From: Planctomycetia bacterium
Lineage (GTDB): Bacteria > Planctomycetota > GCA-002687715
Length of the DNA stretch: 64,000 nt
Assembly (NCBI GenBank): GCA_005790545.1
Contig: SXUL01000122.1
Location: 7,249-71,248, forward strand
Reading direction: 5' to 3'
A model generated the notes under the pieces. That model made no database searches and was not told the DNA's origin. It saw only the letters and a program-made list of their open reading frames with translations. A program made the position numbers and the translations under genes. Position 1 is the stretch's first letter; the number at the start of each line of letters is the position of its first letter. Below are positions 34,365 to 45,172 of the stretch, one piece after another.

Positions 34365-35283
34365 GACGCGTGGCCCGCAGCCGCAGAGGTTGCAGAAGAT
34401 CTGCGCGGCATGGGCCTGTTGCCTGCGCCGCATTCTCGTGAGCCACGGCCGGATCACTCGCGAGGTCCACCAGCAATTGGAGCAGCTCGGGCAGATCATC
34501 GAACACGGGTTCGAGGCGTTCGAGCAGCGCGCCGGCCGCTCCGGTCGCTGAGTGTTCGTCTGCGTCGCAGGCCGCCAGCCAGGCTTGCAACCCCGGTTCA
34601 CGCAGGAAGGCACTGCGCGCCGCATCCAGCGCACGCTCGCCCTCGCCTTCACTTGCGTACGCGAGGGCGGCGAGCAGCTCGCTGGCCGCAGACGGCTCAA
34701 GCTCCTTCAGCAACGCGAGCGCAGCGCGCGCCTTGCCGCCGCGGAATTCACATTCGGCGAGCAGCAACGGCCACTCGGCATCACCCGGGGCCAGCGCGTG
34801 CAGCGCACGCAGGGGGTCCGACGCCGCAGCGGGGTCATCGAGCAGCAGCGAAACCTGCGCCTCGAGCGCCAACGCTTCCACCAGAAACTCCTGCGCATCC
34901 CCACTCGCAGCCCGTTGCCAACGCAGGACGGCCCGCCGTGCAGCCTCGCGAGCCTCCTCGTACTCCTCACGCTCGAGATGGATGCCTGCCAGCAGCAAGA
35001 AACCCTCTCCGCGCGAAAGGTCGCCGCGCACGACTTCCCCAGCCATGGCCAGGGCCTCGTCGAGCTTGCCCGCGCGCTGCAACGCGTCCGCGAGCAGCGC
35101 CATCTCGCCGAGTTCTTCGGCGCTGCAACGCATGGGGCTCGACGGCTCCCCCGCCTCCCGTCGCCCGAGAGGCGCTGAGCCCTGACGTGGAGCATGGGGA
35201 TGAGCGCCCGGGCGAAGGTGCTCGCCTCCGCCCGCGGGCTGCGGCTTGCCGCCCTGTGCTCTCTTGCGATCTGGCGAATTCAT
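34333..35283 (-). CDS. TPR-like helical repeat protein
   Basis: Ala/Leu/Glu-rich helical repeats. Start set at MNSPDRK, which overlaps the mutY stop (ATGA). Weak call. Confidence 0.4.
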   Translation of the reverse strand: MNSPDRKRAQGGKPQPAGGGEHLRPGAHPHAPRQGSAPLGRREAGEPSSPMRCSAEELGEMALLADALQRAGKLDEALAMAGEVVRGDLSRGEGFLLLAGIHLEREEYEEAREAARRAVLRWQRAASGDAQEFLVEALALEAQVSLLLDDPAAASDPLRALHALAPGDAEWPLLLAECEFRGGKARAALALLKELEPSAASELLAALAYASEGEGERALDAARSAFLREPGLQAWLAACDADEHSATGAAGALLERLEPVFDDLPELLQLLVDLASDPAVAHENAAQATGPCRADLLQPLRLRATRLSLEESPDAS

Positions 35284-36316
35284 GAGCTGCCTCCGGCAAG
35301 CAGCAGCTTGCGTGTCTCCGTGGTCAGGGTGCCTGGAAGTTCGTCCTTCCGCAGCCAGCGTGCTCTGCACATGCGTCCGCGCACGGGCGTATCGAGCAGT
35401 GTGCACCTCAGTTGATGCGTCGTGACGCTGTGCCGTGCGACGGCACTGCGCTTGAACTCACCCGCCAGTCGGAATCCGAGTGGACGCAGCAAGCGCGCCA
35501 CGAGGGCCGCATCGATGACGGTGTCACGCGCGCACCAGGCGCCTGGCAGTTCCCACTGGCCCGGCAGGAGGTCCGCATCCAGAGGTCGTTGCACGAAGAG
35601 CGTCTTCCCGGCACGCTGAATGCGGAGCCGCACAGCTTCGATCTGCCGCACCGGCGCGCGCCGCTTCCGCGTTGTGGTCTCGGCCACGCGCTGCGTGGCA
35701 TGGGCGGCACAATCCGGTCGCAATGGGCAGGCAGGGCAGGCGGGATCCTTCGGCGTGCACACCAGCGCGCCGAGTTCCATGAGGCCCTCGGAAAAATCGC
35801 GCCCGCGAGGCGGCGACGAAGCACGCAGTACTGCGCGCGCCTTCTTCAGCACGGGCGCGGTGTTCCACGCCCCCTCCTCGCCCATGAAGCGCTGGAGCAC
35901 GCGTCCCACGTTGGCATCGATCACGGCCGCGGGTTCATCGAAGGCGAAGGCGCGAATGGCTGCCGCGGTGTAGGGCCCGATCCCCGGCAATCCGAGAAGA
36001 TCGTCTTCTGCGCGCGGGACGGGGCGCTTGCCAAGTGCGAGAGCGCCCGCACGGAGATTCCTCACGCGGCGGTAGTAGCCGAGCCCCGCCCAAGCAAGAG
36101 TGGCCTCGGATTCCGTCGCTGCCGCGAGAGCCGCTGGTGTCGGGAAGAGACGCATGAACTTCTCGAAGCGCTCCGCCACCACAGCCACCGTGGTCTGCTG
36201 CAACATGGTTTCTGACACCCACACGCGCCACGGAGTGCGACGCTTCCGCCAAGGCAAATCGCGACGCTGCTCCTGGAACCACGCGAGCAGCGCAGGCGCG
36301 GGGATCCGTTTCACTT
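35280..36316 (-). CDS. mutY: A/G-specific adenine DNA glycosylase MutY
   Basis: HhH-GPD core (WRVWVSETMLQQTTVAVV, GLGYYRRVRNL, LPGIGPYTAAAI), [4Fe-4S] Cys cluster CTPKDPACPACPLRPDC and a C-terminal NUDIX-like domain. GTG start chosen at 36314-36316. Confidence 0.75.
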
Positions 36317-36742
36317 CGACGATCCGGCGTTGCCGGTCGGCGGCGCCGGGTGGAAGGCGCCCGTCTCCTGATCCTGAAAGCCCGCGATCGCGATGCCGCG
36401 GACTGGAAGCTCCGAGCCCTCGGCGATGAAGGCTCGCGACGCGAGCAAGAGACTGCCGCGCTTCAACACCCGCCGCGAGGGCAGGGGCGGGATCTCGCCT
36501 TCGAGCTTGCCATCCGTCTCGAACCAACCGCCGCGGAAGAACCCGCGCACCAATGGAGGCTTCGGTGCCGCCGCTTGATCCGCCGTGTGCACACTGAGCG
36601 CAGGAAACTCGATCCAGCCTGCGACGCGCATGGCATCCGGCTTTTCCTGCTCCAGATTCACCTCATTGCGTCCGGGCTCGCCGGAATCGAAGAGGCCACA
36701 ACCGGCGCAAAACATGACGAGGAGAAACAGTGCGCAGCGCAT
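36311..36742 (-). CDS. hypothetical signal-peptide / lipoprotein-like protein
   Basis: MRCALFLLVMFCAGCGLF signal sequence. Overlaps the mutY start (GTGA). Confidence 0.4.
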   Translation of the reverse strand: MRCALFLLVMFCAGCGLFDSGEPGRNEVNLEQEKPDAMRVAGWIEFPALSVHTADQAAAPKPPLVRGFFRGGWFETDGKLEGEIPPLPSRRVLKRGSLLLASRAFIAEGSELPVRGIAIAGFQDQETGAFHPAPPTGNAGSSK

Positions 36743-36783
36743 GGCGGGCATCATGCAACCAAAGCCCCCCGGCTCCAAGGGTC

Positions 36784-37197
36784 TCAGAGCAGAGCGGGCC
36801 GGCCCGTTGAAGTGGTCTGGCGCTGGATCTCGCGCATGACACGCCGCGGGAACAGGCCTGTGTCGATGGGCGTGGCGAGGCCTTCATCCTCCTCCACAAC
36901 CCCGAGCTGGCGGACCGCCTCGAAGGCAGCGCGTTGCCGCGTGCTGCCCACCGAGAGGACCGGAATCTGGCGCAGTTGCTCGGAGCGCTTCATGCCTTCC
37001 ACGAGCAGACGGCCTTCGCTGAGCGGCAGATCGAGGTCGAGGATGACGAGATTGGGCAAGCCCAGCGACATGTCTTCGAGGGCGGCGAGAGCGCTCTGCG
37101 CATGGCGCGTCGCGATGCCGTTGGCTTCCAGGAGGTCGCCCATGAGAGCGAGGTGGAACGGGCTTGCAGCGATGATGAGGACGTTGGTTTCGCGCAC
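36784..37197 (-). CDS. single-domain response regulator (CheY-like receiver)
   Basis: Receiver-fold pattern with the phospho-acceptor Asp in LVILDLDLP and conserved T/K positions. No output domain. The N-terminal acidic pair is atypical. Confidence 0.6.
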   Translation of the reverse strand: MRETNVLIIAASPFHLALMGDLLEANGIATRHAQSALAALEDMSLGLPNLVILDLDLPLSEGRLLVEGMKRSEQLRQIPVLSVGSTRQRAAFEAVRQLGVVEEDEGLATPIDTGLFPRRVMREIQRQTTSTGRPALL

Positions 37198-37298
37198 GGC
37201 AACCCTTCTGGAGCATTCGCTCCCGCGGGCTAGGCGCCTTCGAGACTACAGCGGATTCTGCCGGAGCGCCACCAGAAAACACGAAAAAGCAGCGTGTT

Positions 37299-38372
37299 TC
37301 ACAGGGTGTGAATGGGCCGTGCATGGCTTCCACGTTCAGCGCAGGCGGTTGCGAGAGCGCCACTCGATCCCGGTTCGTGGAGCACGAGGATGTGGCCGCC
37401 GAACCCTCCCCCTGCGTAGGTCGCGGCCAGCACGCCGGGCACCGCGCGCAGCCACTGAATGGCCCGAACCGTTTCGGGCACTCCCACTTCGAAGAGGTGC
37501 GTCAAGCTGTCTCCGCTCGCGTTGATGAGGGCCGCAAGAGTCGCACGGTCCCCCTCCGCGGCAGCGGACACAAACAGCCGCACCCGCCGCACTTCCGCGA
37601 AATAGTGCTCAGCGCGTTTCACCGCTTCCGGTGACATCGCGCCACGCTGTTTCCTGAGTGCCGGGAGGCTCGCCGACCCGAGCAGACCGTCCGCAGCCCC
37701 GAGGGCCCTGGCAGCAGCGGCGCACTCCTCGACGCGCAAGGCGTAGGGCGTTGCACCGAGGGTGCGCGGCGCCCCCACATCCACGAGGGCCCAGGAGTGA
37801 GCCGGAAAACTGCGGGCAAAGCGGTGCTTGCGCACGCTTCCTGTCTGACAGTCGATGACGACCATCTGCGCGGGACCGCCTTCGAGAATCACCGCAGGGT
37901 CGAGCAACCCCACGGGCGCGCCGGTCACTTCGCGCTCATTCTCGCGGACGACTTCCATGAGCTCGCGGTTGGGAAGATCCACCGCGTTGGCGGCCAGAAA
38001 TGCTCGCGCAACCGCAATCTGAACCGCCGCACTCGTGGCGATACCCCCGCTCGGGAGATCACTCCGGAGCGCCCCTTCGATCGCGCATGGCAACGCAACC
38101 CGGGCCGCGAGACGCGCCCTGAGGCCTGTCATGAGGCGCTGCCACAGCGGTGCCTCGGATGACAGCTCCTCGCAGCTTGCCGTTCCTTCGAAACCCGCGC
38201 TGGTGATTGCCGAAGCAGCAGCGCTGTTTGTCGTGCCCTGGAAGTGCACCCCTTCCGCGAGAGCGAGGCCGACGGTCAGACCGCCTTGATGATCGGTGTG
38301 CGCACCCACCGGGCTGATGCGACAGGGAGCGAAGGTTCTGATGGCACGACGCTGCGACATGACGGAAGTCAT
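37299..38372 (-). CDS. GHMP-family sugar kinase (galactokinase-like)
   Basis: RISPVGAHTDHQGG resembles the galactokinase signature (RxNLIGEHTDY), and PSGGIATSAA is a GHMP ATP-binding motif. Adjacent to xylAB. Confidence 0.6.
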   Translation of the reverse strand: MTSVMSQRRAIRTFAPCRISPVGAHTDHQGGLTVGLALAEGVHFQGTTNSAAASAITSAGFEGTASCEELSSEAPLWQRLMTGLRARLAARVALPCAIEGALRSDLPSGGIATSAAVQIAVARAFLAANAVDLPNRELMEVVRENEREVTGAPVGLLDPAVILEGGPAQMVVIDCQTGSVRKHRFARSFPAHSWALVDVGAPRTLGATPYALRVEECAAAARALGAADGLLGSASLPALRKQRGAMSPEAVKRAEHYFAEVRRVRLFVSAAAEGDRATLAALINASGDSLTHLFEVGVPETVRAIQWLRAVPGVLAATYAGGGFGGHILVLHEPGSSGALATACAERGSHARPIHTL

Positions 38373-38453
38373 GCTCTATGGGTTGCGCGCCGACACAAGC
38401 GCGAAACGGAAGGCCATCTCGTTGGTTGAATGCCTGCCAGAAGGGAACCCGAC

Positions 38454-39962
38454 ATGCACCGCACCTTCACCCTCGTGCTCGCCAGTTGCTTCGCGCTCCT
38501 CAGCCTCTCGAACACCCTCTTTGCCCAGGCCGTCGTCTTCGATGCGGCTGCTGCGCGGCATCTCCTCGCCCGCACCACCTTCGGCCCGAGCGCCGCCGAA
38601 GTCGAGGCTGCCGTGGCCGCCGGATTGAACGCCAGCGTGGACAAGCTTCTGGCCGGTGCCACTGCACGCAAGCCGCGGAGCTTCGAAGTGAAGCCCATTC
38701 GCGTCGAGCGCGCCGCGCTGCGCGGGCTCTCCGAAGAAGAACGCCAGAAGAAGCAGAACGAAAACCGCCGCGAGGACCTGCAGCAGCTCCGCAGCTTCAC
38801 GGCCTGGTGGATGGAAGTCATGGTGGGTGGCGACGCGCCGCTGCGCGAGAAACTCGTCCTCTTCTGGCACGGTCACTTCACAAGCTCCATGCGCGACGTG
38901 CGCGATTCCAAGCGCATGATCGACCAGAATGAACTGCTCCGCGAGGAATGCGCTGGCTCGTTCCGCCGCATGCTGAAGGCCATCACCGTGGATGCCGCCA
39001 TGCTCGAGTATCTCGACAACGACGAGAACCGAGCCGGCAAGCCCAACGAGAACTACGCCCGCGAGGTCATGGAGCTGTTCACCCTCGGCGTCGGGAACTA
39101 CACAGAGAAAGACATCGCGGAGGCAGCGCGTGCCTTGACCGGCTGGCGCGTGCGTGGTGATGAGGTGTATCTCGACCGACGCCAGCAGGACCGCGGTGAA
39201 AAGACGGTGCTGGGCGTGACCGCACGCATCGACACCGATGAACTCCTGGAGATCCTGCTCGCTCGCCCCGAGGCCACCCGCTGGGTGGCCGCCCGCCTCG
39301 TGCGTTTCTTCGCCGGAGAGAACGCCGCCCCCGAGCTTGCCGCCAGCGTGGCTGCCGCGCTGCGCGAGAATGACTGGCAACTCGCGCCTGCTCTGCGCGT
39401 GCTCTTCACCCATCCGGGGTTCTATGCCAGGGAACTGCGTGGTCAGCGCGTTCTTTCGCCAGTGGAACTCGTGGCCTCTCTCACGCACCGAACCGGTGAT
39501 GTGGTCCCGCCGTTCCTGTTGGTGGCCGCCGCGTCGCGCATGGGTCAGACGCTCTTTGACCCGCCCGACGTACGCGGTTGGGGCGGCGGCGCCGACTGGA
39601 TCAATTCCGCCTCGCTCCTTGAGCGGCAGAACTGGTGCGGCCATCTCGTGGGCGGTGTGAATCCCCGCGACCTCAAAGGCGGGGGCGACGATCGCGCACT
39701 CCGTGAACTCGCACGCAGCGGCAACTGGACGCCAAAGAAGCCTCTGCTCACGCAAGAAGAACAGGCAGGGATCACCACGGAACGCGCCCTCGTGGACCAC
39801 CTCTGCCGACGCTTCCTCGAAGTTCAACCTCTGGAAGCGGTGCGTGCCACTCTCGCGGAACGCGTGAAGGCCGAGTTCGTCGGCGGGCGCTGCCCCGCTG
39901 ACAAGGTCGTGCGTGGCTTGCTGAAGCTCGTCTTGTCACTGCCTGAAGCCCAGATTCATTGA
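38454..39962 (+). CDS. DUF1800 family protein
   Basis: Signal peptide MHRTFTLVLASCFALLSL. Family motifs LFWHGHFTSS and NENYAREVMELFTLG. Paired with DUF1501 downstream. Confidence 0.75.
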   Translation: MHRTFTLVLASCFALLSLSNTLFAQAVVFDAAAARHLLARTTFGPSAAEVEAAVAAGLNASVDKLLAGATARKPRSFEVKPIRVERAALRGLSEEERQKKQNENRREDLQQLRSFTAWWMEVMVGGDAPLREKLVLFWHGHFTSSMRDVRDSKRMIDQNELLREECAGSFRRMLKAITVDAAMLEYLDNDENRAGKPNENYAREVMELFTLGVGNYTEKDIAEAARALTGWRVRGDEVYLDRRQQDRGEKTVLGVTARIDTDELLEILLARPEATRWVAARLVRFFAGENAAPELAASVAAALRENDWQLAPALRVLFTHPGFYARELRGQRVLSPVELVASLTHRTGDVVPPFLLVAAASRMGQTLFDPPDVRGWGGGADWINSASLLERQNWCGHLVGGVNPRDLKGGGDDRALRELARSGNWTPKKPLLTQEEQAGITTERALVDHLCRRFLEVQPLEAVRATLAERVKAEFVGGRCPADKVVRGLLKLVLSLPEAQIH

Positions 39963-39973
39963 GGAGAACCAAC

Positions 39974-41173
39974 ATGCTGCGCAGACACTTCCTCGGCACC
40001 ACGGCACTCGGTGCCGCGCTTCTCGGCCTTGGCCGCATCCCTGAAGGCCTGCTCGTCTCCCGTGCACAACGGAGCGGCGTCGAGCGCGCCCTCGTGGTGG
40101 TGCAACTCTCCGGCGGCAACGACGGTCTCAACACCGTCGTGCCCTTCGCGGACGACCTCTATCACGCCGCGCGGCCACGTCTCGGCAGCAAGCAAGCCGA
40201 CACACTCGCCCTCAATGAACATCTCGGTTTCCACAAGGCGCTGAAGAGTTTCCCCGCGCTGCACGCGAGCGGACAGCTCGCCACCATCCTCGGCATCGGC
40301 TACGCGAACCCGGTGCGTTCCCACTTCAGCAGCATGGACATCTGGCATGCCGCGGATGCACGCGGAAAACTCGCGGGCTCTGGCTGGCTCGGACGCCTCG
40401 CCGAAACCGGCTTCCCCGACGCGAAGGAACCGGAACTCATCGTGCATGTCGGCAATCGCGTGCCCTTCGCGCTGTCGAACAAGAAACATGCACCCGTTGC
40501 CTTCGCAGCGCCTGCAGGCTTCCGCTGGCGCGGCGGCAAGGAAGACCTCGCGGCCCTCGAGAAGGCGAGTGCCTCCGAGTGCATGGAGGACGCACCGACT
40601 TCCGTCGGGCATGTGCGCGGGACATTCCGCGATGCCGTCAAGGCCTCACGCAATGTCGAGAATGCTGTGCGCGAGTTCAAACCCGCAACGCCCTTCCCCG
40701 AGAACGGGCTCTCCGCCCATCTGCAGAGCGTGGCCGCCATGCTCACGGCGGGCTTCCCCACGCGCATCTACAGCCTTGAACTCGGAGGCTTCGACACCCA
40801 CAACCAGCAGCTCACGCGTCAGGCGCGCTGCCTCGATGAACTCGATGCCCTCGGTGCCTTCCAGGCGGAACTGAAGGCACGCAAGCTCGACGACAAGGTG
40901 CTCGTGCTCGTCTACTCCGAGTTCGGACGCCGCGTCGCGGAGAACGGATCGCAAGGCACCGACCACGGCGCAGCGGGTGTCGCTTTCCTCCTTGGCAGCA
41001 AGGTGAAGGGTGGCCTGCATGGAAGCATGCCCAGCCTGAAGGACCTCGAACGCGGGGACCTCCGTTTCACCACGGATTTCCGCACGCTGTACGCACCCAT
41101 CATCGCGCAGTGGTTCGGCATGCAAGCCGCACCCATCATCGGCGAGGTTGCAGAACCGCTCGCCGTGCTCTGA
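39974..41173 (+). CDS. DUF1501 family protein (Tat signal)
   Basis: Twin-arginine leader MLRRHFLGTTALGAALLGLG and a sulfatase-like fold motif GTDHGAAGVAFLLG. Confidence 0.8.
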   Translation: MLRRHFLGTTALGAALLGLGRIPEGLLVSRAQRSGVERALVVVQLSGGNDGLNTVVPFADDLYHAARPRLGSKQADTLALNEHLGFHKALKSFPALHASGQLATILGIGYANPVRSHFSSMDIWHAADARGKLAGSGWLGRLAETGFPDAKEPELIVHVGNRVPFALSNKKHAPVAFAAPAGFRWRGGKEDLAALEKASASECMEDAPTSVGHVRGTFRDAVKASRNVENAVREFKPATPFPENGLSAHLQSVAAMLTAGFPTRIYSLELGGFDTHNQQLTRQARCLDELDALGAFQAELKARKLDDKVLVLVYSEFGRRVAENGSQGTDHGAAGVAFLLGSKVKGGLHGSMPSLKDLERGDLRFTTDFRTLYAPIIAQWFGMQAAPIIGEVAEPLAVL

Positions 41174-41233
41174 GCTTCTGCGCCGACTCTGCCCGTGCGT
41201 CGACAGGGATCCGCGTGAGAGACCCGCCGCATT

Positions 41234-42728
41234 TCATGACGCGGCGTCGACGCCGAAGTGCTCGCGCACTGAAACGGTGAAGCGCGCGCGCTGCTCATCC
41301 CAGAAGGGAGCAGCACCGGCGTCCGGTTCATCCACGACGGCATGCAATGCGATGCAGCGCCGCGCCAGCTCCGCGATGGGTGTCTTCCCGCCCCCCGCCG
41401 CAAAGGCCGCCTGCACTGCCGCACCAAGAGCCGCGCTTTCTGCTTCCACAGGCCTCACGACAGGCACGCCCGTGGCATCCGCCAGCAATTGCCGCCAGAG
41501 AGGGAAGCGCGCACCACCACCCACGAGACGCAGTTCATTCACAGGCACGCCCAAAGCCTGCAGTCGGCGAATGCCGAGGCTCAGATTGCAAGTGATGCCC
41601 TCAAGCACGGCGCGAAAGATGAGGGGTCGCGTGGCGTTGTCCGGGCGGAGGCCGTCGAAGCGCGCAGTCGCTCGCGGCAGGTCCGGCACCCGCTCACCAC
41701 TGAAGAACGGCAAGCAGAGAATGCCGCCCGCGCCGCGCGGTGCCGTGGCTGCTTCGCCGCAGCACTGCTCGGTGCTTGCACCAAGCGTCGCGGCCATCTG
41801 ATCGAGAGCGCCCGCCGCGTTCATCACGCAGAGCAATGGCAGCCACGCACCGGTGCTGTCGCAGAACGGCGCGACGAGACCTGCCGGATCAATCACCGCA
41901 GCGCTCGCGCGTGACATGACTGTCGCAGAAGTGCCGAGGCTCGCCACCACTGGTCCATCCGCCGCCGCACCTGCACCGATTGCGCTCAGCATGTTGTCGC
42001 CGCCGCCCACGGACACAGGAGTGCCTTCGGGCAAGCCTGTTGCGAGCGCCGCTGCGCGCGTGAGCCATCCACCCACGGCCTCCGCTGGCAACAACTCCGG
42101 CAACAGGCCCATGAGCCGCTCGTGAATGGCGGCGCAACTCGCAGCATCGAAGCGTCGCGCCCGGACATCGAAGAAGCCTGTGCCGCTCGCATCACCGCAC
42201 TCCATCCACATGCGACCAGTGAGTTTCCAGTTCACGTAATCATGCGGCAGGAGCACATGCGCAAGACGCGCAGCATTCTCGGGCTCATGCCGCAAGAGCC
42301 AGAGAATCTTCGAGGCGGTGAAACCGGCCGGGATGCGCCGCCCGAGACGCTGCGAGAGATCGTCCGCTTCAGCAGCCGTGCTCGTATCGCACCAGAGTTT
42401 TGCAGGGCGAATGACTGCGCCGCGGGCATCAAGCGGCACGAATCCATGTTGTTGTCCCGAGACGCCGATGCCACCGATGCCACGGCGGAGCGCAAGTGGA
42501 TGCGCTGCGAGTTCGCGCGTGACGGCGCACACAGCATCCCACCACATGGCGGGAGGCTGCTCCATGACACCGGGCCCGAGGCCTTCGATCAGCGTGTGCG
42601 GGGCCTTGGCCCGTGCCAGCACGCGCGTTGCAGCCTCGCCCTCCCCCAGCACATCCACGAGCAGGGCTTTCGTGCTCTGCGTGCCCGTGTCGATGCCGAG
42701 AAAAAGCGGCTTTGTCAACCGCGCGCTC
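41234..42728 (-). CDS. xylB: FGGY-family carbohydrate kinase, probable xylulokinase
   Basis: [19 protein letters not shown]-terminal actin-fold motif and FGGY C-terminal domain. Probable TTG start at 42726-42728 with GGGAG 8 nt upstream. Confidence 0.7.
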
Positions 42729-43893
42729 CCAGCAGGTACTCGATCATGATCTGGTCGAGACGTTCGTAGCGCAGCCCGCGCGTGGCGAGGGCATCGGGGT
42801 CGATGACGCGGGCGCGCAGCGCGCGTGCTGCGCCTGCCACGTCCCGGCCGACCCAAAGCTCATCGCTGTCGCCACGGTGGGCCGCCGCGATGATGTCGCG
42901 GACTTCGGCGTCGGCATCGAAGGCCTGCGCGCGCGCTTTGAGGATCAGATAGGTGCGCATGCAGCCACGCGCGAAATCCCACACACCCTGCATGTCTTCC
43001 GTTCTGTAGGCATGGGCATCAAAGTGCCGCGGACCGGTGTAGGGCGCGTTCCCCGCCGTGCCCTCCAGCAGACGCACCAGCAGAAACGCGCCACGCAGGT
43101 CCTCGCTGCCGAAGCGGAGATCCTGATCGTAGCGGCCGATCTTCTGGGCATTCAGATCGATGTGGAAGAGCTTGCCTGCTTCCATGGCCTGCGCGACGCC
43201 GTGCACCATCGAGAGCCCGGCCATGGTCTCGTGCGCCACTTCGGGATTCACACCCACCAGCTCCGAGTGAGCGAGGGTGCTGATGAAATGCAGCATGTGC
43301 CCCGTGGTCGCGAGATAGATATCGCCGCGAGGTTCGTTGGGTTTCGCCTCCAGAGCGAAGCGCAACTTGTAGCCACGCTCCATGACGTACTCGCAGAGGC
43401 AATCGAGTGCGCGCCGGTTTCTGCGCACCGCTTCCATGGGATCGCGACAGGCATCAGTCTCCGCACCCTCGCGCCCGCCCCAGAAGACGAAGGTGCTGCT
43501 CCCGAGTTCGTGCGCGAGATCGAGCGCATCCATGCACTTCCGCACCGCGAAGGCGCGCACGTCCGCATCGTTGGCGGTGAAGGCGCCGTCCTTGAAGACA
43601 GGATGCGAGAAGAGATTGCAGGTGGTCATGGGCACCACCAGCCCGTGACGCGCCAGCGCATCCTTGAAGCGCCCGACGATCCGGTCACGCTCGGTCGCGC
43701 TGCTTCCGAAGGGAATCAGGTCGTTGTCGTGGAGGTTCACGCCCCACGCGCCCACTTCCGCAAGGCCCGCCACGAGATCCACCGGGTCCGTGGTGGGACG
43801 CACCGGCCCCCCGAAGGGATCGCGGCCCGGATTGCCGACCGTCCAGAGACCGAATGTGAACTTGTCCGCGGGGCGGGGCGTGAAGTGATCCAT
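42715..43893 (-). CDS. xylA: xylose isomerase
   Basis: [20 protein letters not shown] and FHDND-like catalytic motifs ([19 protein letters not shown]). Class-I length, 392 aa. Confidence 0.9.
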   Translation of the reverse strand: MDHFTPRPADKFTFGLWTVGNPGRDPFGGPVRPTTDPVDLVAGLAEVGAWGVNLHDNDLIPFGSSATERDRIVGRFKDALARHGLVVPMTTCNLFSHPVFKDGAFTANDADVRAFAVRKCMDALDLAHELGSSTFVFWGGREGAETDACRDPMEAVRRNRRALDCLCEYVMERGYKLRFALEAKPNEPRGDIYLATTGHMLHFISTLAHSELVGVNPEVAHETMAGLSMVHGVAQAMEAGKLFHIDLNAQKIGRYDQDLRFGSEDLRGAFLLVRLLEGTAGNAPYTGPRHFDAHAYRTEDMQGVWDFARGCMRTYLILKARAQAFDADAEVRDIIAAAHRGDSDELWVGRDVAGAARALRARVIDPDALATRGLRYERLDQIMIEYLLGARG

Positions 43894-44000
43894 GCGCGAC
43901 TCCAGCGCCGAGCCTATCCGAAGCACCGCCAAAGACGCGGCAACCGCCGAGCTCAAGCGTGTGCTGCGCGCCCGGCCAAGTGCGCGCAGGCACCAGTGGC

Positions 44001-44768
44001 TCAGTCGAGAGCGAAGAAACGACGCGCGTTGGCGGTGGTCTGCTCCGCCACGGCGGCGGGCGTCATCCCGCGCACCTCTGCAAGTTTCGCCGCCGTGTGC
44101 ACGACAAAGGCCGGTTCGTTGCGTTTGCCGCGGAACGGCGCCGGTGCGAGCCAGGGCGCATCCGTTTCGATGAGCAGCCGCTCAAGGGGCACCAACCGCG
44201 CCGCAGCACGGACGTTGTCGGCCTTCGGATAGGTGACGATGCCGCTGATGCTCACGTAGAAACCCCAGGCAACGAAGGGTTCGAGGTCTTCCGGATTGCC
44301 TCCGAAGCAGTGCAGCACCGCTCGCAGGCCGCGCGCGATGAAGGGTTCGAGCACCGCTGCCGTTCCCGCGTAGGCCTCACGAATGTGCAGAACCAACGGC
44401 TTCCCGCGCCGCAGGGCCAACTCCGCATGCCAGCGGAGCGACGCTTCCTGCGCTTCGCGCGGACTGGTGTCGCGATAGAAATCGAGGCCCGTTTCACCAA
44501 TGGCGACAACCTTCGGATGCAGCGACAACTCCTCGATGACCCGGAACTCCTCCGCGCCGGCCTGCGCGCAATCGTTGGGGTGCAACCCGACGGCTGCAAA
44601 CAAACCGGGGCGCCCTTCCACGAACTCAATCACGCCGCGCGAGGTCGGCGCGTCGATCCCGACCACGAGCCCGAAGGGCACGCCAGCCTCAATGGCCCGC
44701 GCCCAAGCTTCCGCGCCCTCTGGCGCCAGCTCCCCCAGCGTGAGATGACAGTGCGTGTCGAAGTGCAT
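44001..44768 (-). CDS. tatD: TatD-family metal-dependent hydrolase
   Basis: MHFDTHCHL start with HxH. Also [18 protein letters not shown] and IETDAPWL motifs. Confidence 0.85.
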   Translation of the reverse strand: MHFDTHCHLTLGELAPEGAEAWARAIEAGVPFGLVVGIDAPTSRGVIEFVEGRPGLFAAVGLHPNDCAQAGAEEFRVIEELSLHPKVVAIGETGLDFYRDTSPREAQEASLRWHAELALRRGKPLVLHIREAYAGTAAVLEPFIARGLRAVLHCFGGNPEDLEPFVAWGFYVSISGIVTYPKADNVRAAARLVPLERLLIETDAPWLAPAPFRGKRNEPAFVVHTAAKLAEVRGMTPAAVAEQTTANARRFFALD

Positions 44769-44854
44769 CCGTTGCGATTCTCGCCCCGCCAAAAGCGCAA
44801 AGATCCGGCCTCCACGAGGGATGCCGGACCTTCCGTCTGGAGAGCGTCAGCTCA

Positions 44855-45172
44855 TCACTTCTTGTCGAAGCTGGTGAGGCCGTAGCCCTTGCCCTTCAGG
44901 GCCTTCTCCACGTCCTCTTTGGTGAGGCTTCCGGACTTCATGGTGATCGTGGCCTTCTTCTCTTTGAAGTTCACTTCCACCTTGTCGACGTTGCTGAGCG
45001 CGCCCAAGGTCGCACGGACCTTGGTGGCACAGCTACCCGCTCAAGTCATGCCGGAAACGCCGACCACGTAAACCGGCGGATCATCAACGGTCGGCACCGT
45101 GACACCGGCCGCCGTGAGGGTCGATCCCATAAGGACCGCCATCAGGGCGAGCGAGAGGATTGCGAATCTCAT
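44855..45172 (-). CDS. periplasmic heavy-metal-associated (MerP/CopZ-like) domain protein with in-frame TGA at the first metal-binding Cys position (candidate selenoprotein)
   Basis: Signal peptide MRFAILSLALMAVLMGSTLTAAG. The first HMA strand VYVVGVSGMT is followed by TGA (45041-45043), then AGSCATKVRATLGALSNVDKVEVNFKEKKATITMKSGSLTKEDVEKALKGKGYGLTSFDKK in the same frame, giving a complete ferredoxin-like HMA fold. GGAGAA RBS upstream. The TGA lies where the GMTCxxC cysteine normally sits. A perfect hairpin follows 16 nt downstream. Confidence 0.55.
45004..45024 (-). promoter_or_regulatory. SECIS-like hairpin downstream of in-frame UGA
   Basis: Minus-strand RNA CCAAGGUC-CGUGC-GACCUUGG: perfect 8-bp stem with a GU-containing apical loop. 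It starts 16 nt after the UGA, the usual bacterial SECIS position. Confidence 0.4.

Noticed and set aside
38376-39827. 483-aa minus-strand ORF
   Set aside because: It is antisense to the well-supported DUF1800 gene. The translation is His/Gly/Arg-rich with no motifs, as expected for a spurious ORF in 70% GC DNA.
42613-44232. 539-aa plus-strand ORF
   Set aside because: Antisense to xylA and tatD, both with strong family motifs on the minus strand.
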